Positions 39,636 through 49,168 of a stretch of 64,000 bases of DNA are shown here, one piece after another. The notes under the pieces are model-generated. The model made no database searches. It saw only the letters and a list, made by a program, of their open reading frames with translations, and was not told where the DNA came from. Each line of letters opens with the position of its first letter. Positions within the stretch are counted from its first letter, which is position 1. Source of the DNA: Candidatus Campbellbacteria bacterium (GTDB lineage: Bacteria; Patescibacteriota; Minisyncoccia; Phycocordibacterales; CSBR16-193); contig SLDR01000010.1 of assembly GCA_007125155.1 (NCBI GenBank), positions 24,490 to 88,489 of the forward strand, written 5' to 3'. A program made the position numbers and the translations under genes.

Positions 39636-40025
39636 GTGACAGCCATTATAAAAACCTATATTCAATTTTTCTTTACAGGTCATTGTTTATTAAAATATTC
39701 CATACAGGAGGTTGAAGAAAGAGAGCTGCCTTATGACATCTTGATCCCTATAAACGCTTACGGTTACAGGTTCTTTGACGTCATCGTCATACCTTATTCT
39801 TATAATGGCCTAAACCTGACGTGTAAAAGTGAAAGATTCGATTTCTCGGCAAATTACTATTTCAGTGACAGGATCTACACGATAGACGAATTCAGGAAAT
39901 TTTTCCCAAAGGAGGAGCAAATGATAAAAATAGCCTCATTGGTCGGTTGTGGAAGGATCGCACGATGCAGTCCCGGAAATTTCGTACCCATTGGGATCGA
40001 TGATGAGATAGTTGAACCGATTTGA
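39636..40025 (+). CDS. Hypothetical protein (129 aa, GTG start)
   Basis: AAGGAGGTT RBS, its own promoter and terminator. No recognisable family. Confidence 0.5.
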   Translation: MTAIIKTYIQFFFTGHCLLKYSIQEVEERELPYDILIPINAYGYRFFDVIVIPYSYNGLNLTCKSERFDFSANYYFSDRIYTIDEFRKFFPKEEQMIKIASLVGCGRIARCSPGNFVPIGIDDEIVEPI

Positions 40026-40055
40026 ATTGTTGCGCCCTTACTCGAAGTTAGCTTG

Positions 40056-40094
40056 AAGCCCCTCTTCAATGAGGGGCTTTAGTATTATTTTTTG
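40056..40094 (+). terminator. Rho-independent terminator
   Basis: GAAGCCCCTC/GAGGGGCTT stem followed by a T-rich tail. Confidence 0.6.
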
Positions 40095-40266
40095 TACGCA
40101 TGTGCTTTATTTTTTTTAAAAATGTGTTATGATTTTTCAATGGCGAAGAAAATGAACATTTTTTGGAGCCGAAAAAAGCTTAGAAAAGCATGAGTGCCCA
40201 CTTTTTTAAAGGTGGGTTTTTTATATAGGAAGAAGTTCTTTGAATCTTTAAATTGGAGGAGGCTTT

Positions 40267-40464
40267 ATGCTAGGCACATTGTTTACCAGATGTCCTCATT
40301 GTGAGGACAGGAGTAAGGTTGACTACATCGGACACTTGAATTCGGGGATTTTTAAAGTTTTCTCTTGCCATGAATGTGGCAAAAGCTTCACTCGAGGACC
40401 GGGTATGGAGGTGAACCCTCAGATCTTTAAACCCGCTCCAAGGTTTGCAGGCACACAGAGGTGA
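40267..40464 (+). CDS. Small zinc-ribbon protein (65 aa), InsA-like CPxC...CxxC
   Basis: GGAGGAGG RBS. CPHC...(19 aa)...CHEC four-Cys ribbon. Own terminator at 40474..40502. Confidence 0.55.
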   Translation: MLGTLFTRCPHCEDRSKVDYIGHLNSGIFKVFSCHECGKSFTRGPGMEVNPQIFKPAPRFAGTQR

Positions 40465-40473
40465 TCTCTACCG

Positions 40474-40502
40474 GCACCCCTCCAATGAGGGGTGCTTTAT
40501 TT
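40474..40502 (+). terminator. Rho-independent terminator
   Basis: GCACCCCTC/GAGGGGTGC 9-bp stem with CAAT loop, followed by TTTATTT. Confidence 0.65.
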
Positions 40503-40632
40503 GCCGTTGTGTTCAAATGTATCCACAACTCGAATGATGTTGCCTTAATTCAACAATACTGTTATTATTTTTTTCAAATATAAGTTCTTTGAGTTTTGAT
40601 CCCAACGATCAACAAAACAAAGGGAGGTAGTT

Positions 40633-40773
40633 ATGTTCTCGGGAGGATTACAAGTAACTTCAAATTGCCCGCATTGTAAAAGGTCCGGAGGGGTTATGGT
40701 CATTCTAATGATGCTCTCCAAAACCTTGTTTTTCTGCAAACTCTGTTCTCGTAACTTCAGGTCTGACTCTTAA
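40633..40773 (+). CDS. Small zinc-ribbon protein paralog (46 aa; below the ORF-track cutoff)
   Basis: AAAGGGAGGTAG RBS 3 nt before the ATG. CPHC...CKLC spacing mirrors the gene at 40267. Followed by a bidirectional terminator. Confidence 0.45.
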   Translation: MFSGGLQVTSNCPHCKRSGGVMVILMMLSKTLFFCKLCSRNFRSDS

Positions 40774-40797
40774 CGTGAAACTTAACCTTATTACAAA

Positions 40798-40830
40798 ACA
40801 CCCTTCTTGGTCCAAGAAGGGTGTTTTTTA
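40798..40830. terminator. Bidirectional rho-independent terminator
   Basis: ACACCCTTCTT/AAGAAGGGTGT stem flanked by an A-rich tract upstream and T6 downstream. It lies between convergent genes. Confidence 0.65.
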
Positions 40831-41934
40831 TATTTTGAACTCCATGACGTCTCCGTCCTTTACCACATACTGTTTACCTTCCGTTCTAATGTATCCCCTC
40901 TCGCGCGCGGAACTCTTTGATCCACACTCAATAAGTTTGTGCCATTCAATAACATCAGCCTTGATGAACTTATCATGAAAATCCGAATGGATGACCCTCC
41001 CCGCCTCGGGTGCCGTGGAACCTGATCTGACATCCCAAGCCCGGGTCTCTTTTTCTCCGGTTGTGAAAAAAGTAACCAGGTTTAAAAGTTCGTAACCCGA
41101 TCTGATCACGTCTTCGATTCCGGCATTTTCTTCTCCACCCATTTCCCTCCTGAAACCGGACCGTTCATCATCGTGGACTCCGGCTATCTCCAGCTCCACG
41201 CCGATATCAACCTCGATGATGGGGGCGTTCGGAGTATTGTACTCAATGGCCGAGATCAGAGAAGGAAAACGTTCATCTTTTATCTCGGTTATGTTGTGAG
41301 ATCCTGTTTTTTTATTGAATACATAAAGCACCGGTTTGGCTGTGAGGAGGTTGAGGTGTTTGAACATATCTCTTTCTTTTTCACTCATGTCATCAGAGGA
41401 TGCGAACTTGCCCTTTTCAAGCACGTTCTTTAATGCGTCAAGAACCTCCATCTCTTCACGGGCACTTTTACTATTCGCTTTGAGTTCCTTTTCAATTTTT
41501 ATCTTTCTTCTTTCAACGGTCTGGAGATCGGACATTATGAGTTCAAGATTTATGGTCTCTATGTCCTGGCGTGGATCTATCACACCGGAGACATGTATTA
41601 CGTCGTCATCTTCGAAGGTTCGCACCAAATGGAGGATGACGTCGACCTCTCGAACATTGCTTAAAAAAGAGTTGCCCAGACCTTCACCTTCGGATGCACC
41701 TTTTATGAGTCCGGCGATATCGACGAAACGAGCCACAGCGGGCACTTTCTTATCTGAGCGACTGAACTCATTGAGTCTGTCAAGTCTTATGTCGGGAACC
41801 GCCACCACGCCTATCGACGGTTCTATTGTGCAAAAAGGATAATTTTCCGCAGGTACGGACTGCTCGGTCAGAGCATTAAAGAGACTGGATTTCCCAACAT
41901 TGGGCAAACCCACGATTCCTATTGAAAGCGACAT
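40828..41934 (-). CDS. ychF: Ribosome-binding ATPase YchF (Obg-like ATPase)
   Basis: G1 motif IGIVGLPNVGKSS, DIAGL, NKxD-like, and a C-terminal TGS domain (VVKDGDVMEFKI). Start placed at Met-13 of the track ORF. Confidence 0.9.
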   Translation of the reverse strand: MSLSIGIVGLPNVGKSSLFNALTEQSVPAENYPFCTIEPSIGVVAVPDIRLDRLNEFSRSDKKVPAVARFVDIAGLIKGASEGEGLGNSFLSNVREVDVILHLVRTFEDDDVIHVSGVIDPRQDIETINLELIMSDLQTVERRKIKIEKELKANSKSAREEMEVLDALKNVLEKGKFASSDDMSEKERDMFKHLNLLTAKPVLYVFNKKTGSHNITEIKDERFPSLISAIEYNTPNAPIIEVDIGVELEIAGVHDDERSGFRREMGGEENAGIEDVIRSGYELLNLVTFFTTGEKETRAWDVRSGSTAPEAGRVIHSDFHDKFIKADVIEWHKLIECGSKSSARERGYIRTEGKQYVVKDGDVMEFKI

Positions 41935-42078
41935 AGAAGTACATATTACCAATAAGATGCAATTATGCAATTATTTCTTTGGTATTGTTTATCAGTTCAT
42001 TCTTTGGTGACCTGCTTCAATAAGGTCGAGTATAAAAAAGACTGATGCAAAAAAGCGGGTCTTGGCGGGATCATGCTT

Positions 42079-43410
42079 CTACTTTCTAACCTTTCCGAAA
42101 CTGAAGGGGTGTTTCTTTGTTATCGAATGCTGTTTTGCCAATGTGAGTTTTCTCTCCCACACGATCCAGGCCAGGACCGCAGAGAAAAGCATCACCGAAG
42201 AGCTTATGAAGAATACGTTCTGGACCCCGATGACATCCGCTATCGGCCCCAAGATAAATAGACCCGTAATACCGCCCAAGCCTTGACTAAATATGAATAC
42301 GGAGTTAAGTTCTCCTATTTTTTCCGTTTTCATTTTGTCCCCCACTGCTCCGGATATGGTGGGGACCAACATTGCTATCGCCAAACCCAAAAGCAGAGAA
42401 AGAGGAAACAGAACCGCTATATCGTTACTGAGACCGAAACCGAAAAGGCTGACCGAGGCGAGAACGGATCCGGTCGCTATCAGTCTTCTGCTTGACCACG
42501 TGTCGGCCAGAACGGAGAACGGAGCCTCCATTAACATCGGGAGGTTGAACAGTGCGAACATTATTCCGATCGCCATATATGTTGCCCCGACCGAATCAGC
42601 GAAAAGAGGTATCATCACCATCTGAGAGTAAACAAGGAATCCCAGCAAAAAAATGAAAGGCCATATCTTGAGGAGCCCTCGTGTGTTATAGAAGTCGCTT
42701 ATTCCCTTGAAGTAAAGACTTCTCCAACTTATGGAATTGAAGGCCTCAAGAGCCTTCAGCTCCTTTTTTAAGGGATCCTCGGGCAAGTATTTGCTGGTCA
42801 AAAAAGCCCCGACGACAAGGAATGGCGGAAAAAGTATGAACAGTAAACGAATATCCATGACATATTCAAGAAGCAGTCCACCCGTTACCGCCCCGATTAT
42901 AAGCGACATGGCCTTCCCGATGTCGTAAAATCCCCATGCCTCACTTCTTTTTCCGGGGCAAGCGTGGTTTCTGTTGAACGTATCGGCTGAAGACCAGAGC
43001 ATTGCCGACACAACGGAATGGTAAAGCTGATAGAGGACCGCGTGCCACATGGCGCGAATGATCGCCAACACCGGCCATATCGGCAGATAAAGCAAAATAG
43101 TGAACCTTAAAAGTTTGCGTTGAGAGTATCTGTCCAGAAATTTCCCGATGGGCAGGATCCAGAATAAGGAAAAAAAGGTTACCAACGCCGAGATGAATGT
43201 AGCCGCCCCGTAGGAACCGAGAACATCAAAAAAGAACAGGGGCAGAAACGGTATTACCAAGCCCCAGCTCAAATAGTAGATAAAGACGACCAAAGTGATC
43301 TGCTTCACCGGTTTGGGAAGATTCTTTATCTCATTTGGTGTTGTGCATAACTTCTCGAAAAATGACATTATCGGCAAATATGAACCATGATATACATGAT
43401 ATAATTTCAT
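42079..43410 (-). CDS. MFS transporter
   Basis: 12 predicted TM helices with MFS-type loop motifs. The true start is possibly the internal Met at 43368. Confidence 0.8.
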   Translation of the reverse strand: MKLYHVYHGSYLPIMSFFEKLCTTPNEIKNLPKPVKQITLVVFIYYLSWGLVIPFLPLFFFDVLGSYGAATFISALVTFFSLFWILPIGKFLDRYSQRKLLRFTILLYLPIWPVLAIIRAMWHAVLYQLYHSVVSAMLWSSADTFNRNHACPGKRSEAWGFYDIGKAMSLIIGAVTGGLLLEYVMDIRLLFILFPPFLVVGAFLTSKYLPEDPLKKELKALEAFNSISWRSLYFKGISDFYNTRGLLKIWPFIFLLGFLVYSQMVMIPLFADSVGATYMAIGIMFALFNLPMLMEAPFSVLADTWSSRRLIATGSVLASVSLFGFGLSNDIAVLFPLSLLLGLAIAMLVPTISGAVGDKMKTEKIGELNSVFIFSQGLGGITGLFILGPIADVIGVQNVFFISSSVMLFSAVLAWIVWERKLTLAKQHSITKKHPFSFGKVRK

Positions 43411-43860
43411 TTGATGATAAGCAAAGCAAAAGCGAGCCTGATCATATATCTTTCTTTAATAATTCTCGTTACCCTCGGTTTTACTTTTCACTTGACCAGC
43501 GAACGGCGGTTCCTGGATCTTGAAAATAACAGATGCCAGTATGAGGTTTATGAAGGGTTGTGCAAGATAACCTCGGTAAATACGGAGAATGTACCTGAAA
43601 GTGGCCCAAGAGATGATGATGTGTTACTGAGGTTTGAATTCAAACCTGCAATTATTGAAGATCTTCCGGTCTATTCGGATAAGATAGCGGAAGATAAAAG
43701 AACGGTCCACATTTCGAGATCTTTTGTGGATAGACTGGATATCAGAGCCGGTGATCTGTTTAGATGCGAAATGAGACATATTGTGGCCGGGGACTGCCCC
43801 AAGGTCGCATTTGATATTTCTTGGGCCTCGAAAATATTCGATAGCATGGATCATCGTTAG
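43411..43860 (+). CDS. Hypothetical membrane-anchored protein (149 aa)
   Basis: N-terminal TM helix. A TATAAT lies 6 nt upstream of the ATG, consistent with a near-leaderless transcript. Confidence 0.45.
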   Translation: MMISKAKASLIIYLSLIILVTLGFTFHLTSERRFLDLENNRCQYEVYEGLCKITSVNTENVPESGPRDDDVLLRFEFKPAIIEDLPVYSDKIAEDKRTVHISRSFVDRLDIRAGDLFRCEMRHIVAGDCPKVAFDISWASKIFDSMDHR

Positions 43861-43948
43861 GTCACTCAATTATCAATTCCCATAAATTCGTTTTCCGGTC
43901 AGCGACCTTCCTGTCGATTTTTTGGGATTTTCAACACATAAAAGAAAA

Positions 43949-43970
43949 GACCCTTCGATGAAAAAGGGTC
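43949..43970 (-). terminator. Rho-independent terminator (minus orientation)
   Basis: GACCCTT/AAGGGTC stem with a T-rich tail on the minus strand, just downstream of the gene ending at 43983. Confidence 0.5.
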
Positions 43971-43982
43971 CCTGTTAAATGA

Positions 43983-45341
43983 TCAGCTTATATTTTTATT
44001 CTTTTTTGTCGGATAACCGCAATCTTTTATCTCGGGACACTTCCCGTAGGTCATACACTGAGGCTCCGTATAGTCCGCAAGATCCGGGTGTGCGATCTTG
44101 ATCTTCGTTGCCATATCCCGGGCTATCCTTCGTATCTCCCACTGAGCTTCGGGACACGCCCTTTTTCCTATACTGTGGATCGCATTCCAACCGTTTATGT
44201 GTATCCAGTCGTAGATCTTCAAGGAATGAGGTACGACTCCGACCGCATCGCCCTTGGGTACTCCATCTTTTGTCAGCTCATCGTAAAGCTTAATTAGAAT
44301 GGAGTGAAGCCTTGTGTATTCGGTCAAGAATTCCGATCTCACGATCGACGGAGGCACGACCATTCTTTCTTCGGGGTCGTCCACGGCGTCTTCCAGGGCA
44401 TTGTAAATGCTCTCTACGCTCTGGTTCCAAGTTCTCTGTCTTGTTGCTTGATGGAAACAGGTCAAGGACATCTCTGTCAAAAATTCGAAATGGATGTGCT
44501 TAAGGTTTGCCAGCTCGGCTTCGTCTCTTTGGACCACCGCCCTTTCGATCCCCCATCCGATATCCTCCTCGGCCGGTATCATGGATCCCAGCATAATGAC
44601 GGGAGTTTTATGTCTTTTAAAACTCTCTTTGAGTTTTCTCAACATCAGAACCATCGTTAAGTTGTACGATGAGAAAAGTTGCGAAGAGGGATACCAGCTT
44701 AAAGGCTCGTAGTTAAACCCGAGATCTTCGAATAAATATGGTGTTCTGTTTGAAGCCAGAGCTTTCATTTTCTTCACCACCTCCAAGGTTTCGGACGACA
44801 CTTCAGTGTTTTTCGACATCGAGATCAAGTCACATATCTCTCGGGCATTCCCGGTCGTGGTAATGTTGGTCTTGGTGTAAAGTGGAAGAAGAAAACGCGC
44901 ATCTTCAGCTGTTATACCGGCCTCACGGGTTTTGTTATAGAAATCGAAAGTGTGTCGGAACACCCTTTCGGTCTCCGTTCCCAGTCTTGATCTTTTTATG
45001 GAATCGGGAATGTGAAAACCTCTATCGGCGCTTGCTCTTCTTAGGGACTGCTGTAGATGTTCCAGGTATTCCGGTAAACATAAGAACAAAGTCGTTGCTC
45101 GTGACAGATCTTCTATGCTGAAAGTGAAATGGACCTGGTCGCCGACCGAACCGTGCCCTCTTCCGAAACTGTTCTCTATCACGACCCTTTCCTTTTTCAA
45201 TCGTTCTTCCTTTGGCATCGCGAGAAGCTGCTTCATTATTACTTCCGTAGAGTCCTTTTTAAAGCAACTTAAAGCGGCGGCCGCCACCAGTGTTTGAGGA
45301 TCTTCCGGGCATCCTATCAGTTTAACTTTGAAATCATACAT
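43983..45341 (-). CDS. Tandem ThyX-like (Thy1 domain) protein with divergent active-site motifs
   Basis: The N-terminal half has VKLIGCPEDPQTLVAAAALSCFK and GHGSVGDQVHFTFSIEDLSRATT, matching the ThyX fold. The canonical RHRx7S motif is replaced by PEY...QQSLRR in half 1 and by RQRTWNQSVES in half 2. At 452 aa it is about twice ThyX length. Confidence 0.55.
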   Translation of the reverse strand: MYDFKVKLIGCPEDPQTLVAAAALSCFKKDSTEVIMKQLLAMPKEERLKKERVVIENSFGRGHGSVGDQVHFTFSIEDLSRATTLFLCLPEYLEHLQQSLRRASADRGFHIPDSIKRSRLGTETERVFRHTFDFYNKTREAGITAEDARFLLPLYTKTNITTTGNAREICDLISMSKNTEVSSETLEVVKKMKALASNRTPYLFEDLGFNYEPLSWYPSSQLFSSYNLTMVLMLRKLKESFKRHKTPVIMLGSMIPAEEDIGWGIERAVVQRDEAELANLKHIHFEFLTEMSLTCFHQATRQRTWNQSVESIYNALEDAVDDPEERMVVPPSIVRSEFLTEYTRLHSILIKLYDELTKDGVPKGDAVGVVPHSLKIYDWIHINGWNAIHSIGKRACPEAQWEIRRIARDMATKIKIAHPDLADYTEPQCMTYGKCPEIKDCGYPTKKNKNIS

Positions 45342-45407
45342 TCCGCACCTCCTTGTAAAGCGGGTTATTGTAAATGGACACTCGTTTTATCTTCGGCTGT
45401 TATAACA

Positions 45408-46187
45408 TTAAAGATCGTTTGTGGCAAGACAGACCCGGATCTTCGGATCTTTCTTGATCTCCTGTTCGACTATTTGACCTATGGCAAATGCATAGGCATG
45501 ATGTTTGCCAAATCTGTTAATATCTCGTACCTCGTCGCTTTTCTCAGATCTGAGTCTTATTTTCTGACCCACCTCGGTCTTCTCATTATCGACTATCCTT
45601 ATATCTGATTTCTCATCAAAACCGAAGTATACGGTTTTCTTATCAGTTCCGTCACCAAGTTCCTTGATCCTGTAATTATCACGGTTAAGTATCAAGATAC
45701 CTTCCTTCTCGGTTTTTTCTATCAAAGTTCCGTACTCTTTGACCAAATTATTCATATCAGAGAAACCTTCCCTGTATCTCTGGGTTATGTCAGTGATCAC
45801 CGATATGCGGGGGGTTATTATCGACAAGAGATATTGCATGTCACCTTCATCTGAAGTACCCAGGGTAAGTATCAAAAACTCAGGGAAATCCTTCTCAAAT
45901 ACTTTCAACGGTGCTTTGAATATTGTCGGTAGCCACTTTTTGTATTCATTGTATCCGCTTGGTAGATCGAGGATGGCCAAAGGCATGCCGATCTCCGTGT
46001 TGAAATTCTTAGGATTCGCCCTTACACCGACACCCATTTCTTTAAGACGTGACCTTATCTCTCTTTTTGTGAAATTTTTATTGGTGCTACCTGCTATGGC
46101 GATTATTACAGGCTTATTTATGAAGATCGCCATTTTGGTCATTAACCTTAAATAATGTTTCAGTAAGAATTTTAGAATTGTCTTCAT
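45408..46187 (-). CDS. Mur-ligase-like protein, central domain only (MurF-like, truncated)
   Basis: NPKNFNTEIGMPLAIL matches the MurF GNxNNxIGxP motif. The P-loop is degenerate (IAGSTNKNFT versus GSNGKTT). No N- or C-terminal Mur ligase domains are present. Confidence 0.5.
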   Translation of the reverse strand: MKTILKFLLKHYLRLMTKMAIFINKPVIIAIAGSTNKNFTKREIRSRLKEMGVGVRANPKNFNTEIGMPLAILDLPSGYNEYKKWLPTIFKAPLKVFEKDFPEFLILTLGTSDEGDMQYLLSIITPRISVITDITQRYREGFSDMNNLVKEYGTLIEKTEKEGILILNRDNYRIKELGDGTDKKTVYFGFDEKSDIRIVDNEKTEVGQKIRLRSEKSDEVRDINRFGKHHAYAFAIGQIVEQEIKKDPKIRVCLATNDL

Positions 46188-47398
46188 TTTCCTTTTATAA
46201 AAAGTTTCTCAATTCGGTCAAAGGCCTCAATGATATCGTCTTCTTTTCTTCCAAAACTCATTCTGATGTGACCTTCTCCGTTGGGCCCGAAAGCCACACC
46301 GGGAACGGTTGCGACCTGAGTTTTTCCAAGGAGCCAGAAAGCGAACTTATTGGAGTCTACGAGCCCTTCTTCGGTCAGGAGCGTTTCACCGTCCTCCATT
46401 GCCAAGTCGTTAATAGTGGACGAAATTCCGGGGAAAATGTAATAGGCGCTATCCGGTTTTACGAAATCAAAAAGATCTTTTAGCCTCTCCATCCTTCCGC
46501 AGATCAGATCTCTCCTCTTTCCGTATTCGTTTCTAAATTCCCGCACCTTTTCATTCTCAATTTCCAAAGCCCCCATGGCTCCGTATTGAGATATCACCGG
46601 TGCACACGTCACAAGGCTGTCATGAACTTTGGTAATTTCCTTCACGATCTCCTCATCGCTGTGCAGGTAAGCCACTCTCCAACCCGTCATGGCGAAAGCT
46701 TTGGAGAAAGAAAATATTCTGATGATCCTTTTTCTGAGTTTAGGCACTTCGGCCAATGAGAAGAATTCTTGCCGGTCATAAATGAAGTCTTTATAAACTT
46801 CATCGGATATCAAGAACAGGTCGTTCTTCTCGGCCAGATCGGCTAGATCCAGGAGTTGATCCTTTGTGTATATGGTGCCGGTAGGATTGTTGGGATTACA
46901 ATAGAATATTGCTTTCGTTTTTTCAGTAATGGCATTTTTGAATTCTTCTATATCAAAGCTCCAACCTCCCCCTTCATCCAGAGGCACAAAGACAGGTTTA
47001 CATCCGGCCAAATGTATAACTTCCCGGTAACTGGTGTAAGTTGGCTCCGGTATGATAACCTCGTCACCCGGGCTTGTTATGGCCATCACGGTAGCCGTAA
47101 TTCCTTCTATTGATCCCGCCGTTATCAGTATCTCCTTTTCCCAGTCATAGTACATATTTTCCCGCTCCAATGATTCTTCGATCAGCTCTCTTAATTCGGG
47201 CAATCCCGGTGATAGAGAGTATTTGGCGACCACACCCCTTTTCAATGCCCTTTCCACTCTTCTTTTAATGAATTCCGGGGTGTCGAAATCGGGTATTCCT
47301 TGAGCTAGTGAAATAGCATCGGGGTAACCCGATGCCTCGATCTCTATTTTTTTTATCGCTGACAGCTGAATGTTTTTCGTCCTTTCAAACATATCCAT
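46184..47398 (-). CDS. Class I/II pyridoxal-phosphate-dependent aminotransferase (AspC family)
   Basis: NPNNPTG and SFSKAFAMTGWRVAY (PLP-lysine motif). Confidence 0.85.
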   Translation of the reverse strand: MDMFERTKNIQLSAIKKIEIEASGYPDAISLAQGIPDFDTPEFIKRRVERALKRGVVAKYSLSPGLPELRELIEESLERENMYYDWEKEILITAGSIEGITATVMAITSPGDEVIIPEPTYTSYREVIHLAGCKPVFVPLDEGGGWSFDIEEFKNAITEKTKAIFYCNPNNPTGTIYTKDQLLDLADLAEKNDLFLISDEVYKDFIYDRQEFFSLAEVPKLRKRIIRIFSFSKAFAMTGWRVAYLHSDEEIVKEITKVHDSLVTCAPVISQYGAMGALEIENEKVREFRNEYGKRRDLICGRMERLKDLFDFVKPDSAYYIFPGISSTINDLAMEDGETLLTEEGLVDSNKFAFWLLGKTQVATVPGVAFGPNGEGHIRMSFGRKEDDIIEAFDRIEKLFIKGK

Positions 47399-47649
47399 AT
47401 CTCTTCTTCTCTAAAGATCATTTTGATATTGCCCCCATTCTATCACATTATTATTCGGTTTGGTTTCATTTCTTAATTCTTGCCGACTGGTGTAATATAT
47501 TTCAATATGGGCGGTTGATCGGATCCTCATAGAGATCAAGGTGTTTCCGACAGACTCCGGCAACCCCCAATACCGCTTTACCGTATACCGCTCACTATTT
47601 TCCGCCTCGTTCATTAAGAGCGGTCAATAAACTTTTTAAAGTTGTGTAA

Positions 47650-48828
47650 GTGATATCTATGGAAATGGAAGCTTTCAGCCTCTTGGTTCTCTCTCTGATT
47701 GCCGGGGCGTATATTTTATTTATCCGCCTTTTGGGAGTTATTCCATCAACCTCCTTTTTCAACGTTGAGATCTTCAAAACCAAGCCCGATATCAGAGAGG
47801 GTTTCTTTGATCTTGCGAAGGGATTGGCGATAATTGCTGTTGTGGTGATACACGCTGTTCTTTTATTGAATTACTTTTCCGATGATCTTTCAGTTGACTA
47901 TTTGGCATGGAGTGAACATATCAACCGATTGGTCAGGTTTGCGATACCCGTCTTCTTCATCTGCTCCGGTGCCTTGCTATTCTTGGAGGACACGGGCAAA
48001 ACCTCTCTTAAGCGCTTCTATTTTCCCAAGGTAAAACGTCTTGTTATTCCCTATGTGATCTTTTCAGTATTCGCAACGTTTGCCTTTTCGCAAGAACCGG
48101 GAGGTTTTGCCGACCGGACCATACAGGCCCTCTCCGATCTTTTTACAGGGGGAGCCCTGGCGCCTTATTGGTTCATACCCGTTCTTTTTCAGCTCTATCT
48201 TTTGTACCCCATACTTTGGTATATTCTGGTAGTTAAGAAGATGGATTCCGCCAAATTTCTCGCCGGTTCATTCGTTATCTCTCTTTTAAGTTATTTCCTT
48301 TTCACATCATATTGGTTCAACCTCCACGGTTACATGGGAGATCTGGTATTTTTCGGCCCTTATCTGTTTTTTTTCGCTTTCGGAATGGTGTTTAAACCTC
48401 TATTTTTCTCGGGAGCTGAACGGGTCCGTGACTGGATGTCTGAGACCGGATTTCTCTATTTCGCATCCGTTATCTTGTTCGTATATTTTTTGATCGGCGC
48501 CATCGACCCCCTTACCCATTACTACAATGTCAGGTTGATATACGGACCCACCATGATCTTGATCATTCTCTACATATATCCGCTACTTAAAAACGGGAAG
48601 ATAGGCACCCTCATAGAGAGAGTCGGAGCGCAAAGTCTGTATATCTACCTTCTGCATTTTATACTTCTTTTGGCAATGTCCCCTTTTGTCGAGGCGATAC
48701 TGATCGAAGGAGTCGACCCGTTTATCACACTGATCCTTGTTATCGTCATTAACCTGTCAATGACCTGCGGTGCAATATATCTTGCGAGAAAGATGATAGA
48801 GGCGGCCGGGATCAAAACCGCCAAATAA
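47650..48828 (+). CDS. Acyltransferase family 3 (OafA/YrhL-like O-acyltransferase)
   Basis: 10-11 TM helices with conserved His/Arg positioned as in the acyltransferase 3 family. Confidence 0.75.
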   Translation: MISMEMEAFSLLVLSLIAGAYILFIRLLGVIPSTSFFNVEIFKTKPDIREGFFDLAKGLAIIAVVVIHAVLLLNYFSDDLSVDYLAWSEHINRLVRFAIPVFFICSGALLFLEDTGKTSLKRFYFPKVKRLVIPYVIFSVFATFAFSQEPGGFADRTIQALSDLFTGGALAPYWFIPVLFQLYLLYPILWYILVVKKMDSAKFLAGSFVISLLSYFLFTSYWFNLHGYMGDLVFFGPYLFFFAFGMVFKPLFFSGAERVRDWMSETGFLYFASVILFVYFLIGAIDPLTHYYNVRLIYGPTMILIILYIYPLLKNGKIGTLIERVGAQSLYIYLLHFILLLAMSPFVEAILIEGVDPFITLILVIVINLSMTCGAIYLARKMIEAAGIKTAK

Positions 48829-48994
48829 AAATCAGGCGCCTTAGCGTAACGCTATTTTGCCTTGCAAAAAAAGGATATTTTAAGACCGATCATCGGTATC
48901 TTTTTATAATATTGTGCAGTCCGTGAATTCGTGTCGCTGTGCATTTGTGGATAATAAAAAAACTTTTAACGTGTGTTAGTATTGGTTCATAAGA

Positions 48995-49140
48995 TATTTG
49001 CGGTCCGTACAGTGAAGAGGGGTGAAAATCCCCCGCTAACGCGTAACGGTCAGAGCCCGACCCTGTATGGAATGTTCCGGAAGGAGCCGCGCAAGGTTCG
49101 CGTCAAACCGAGGGGATCATTTTGCTTGGCGCTTGTAGCC
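48995..49140 (+). promoter_or_regulatory. Candidate cobalamin (B12) riboswitch upstream of nrdDG
   Basis: GGUGAAAAUCC at 49021..49031, followed by GCUAACGCGUAACGGUCA, matches the conserved core GGUGaaAAUCCnnnGCuGaCgCGCaaCuGUAA. A downstream CCGGAAGG matches the GGGAAGG element. It lies in the 340-nt leader of nrdD. Confidence 0.5.
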
Positions 49141-49168
49141 AAAATTTTTATTAATAAACATATAACTT

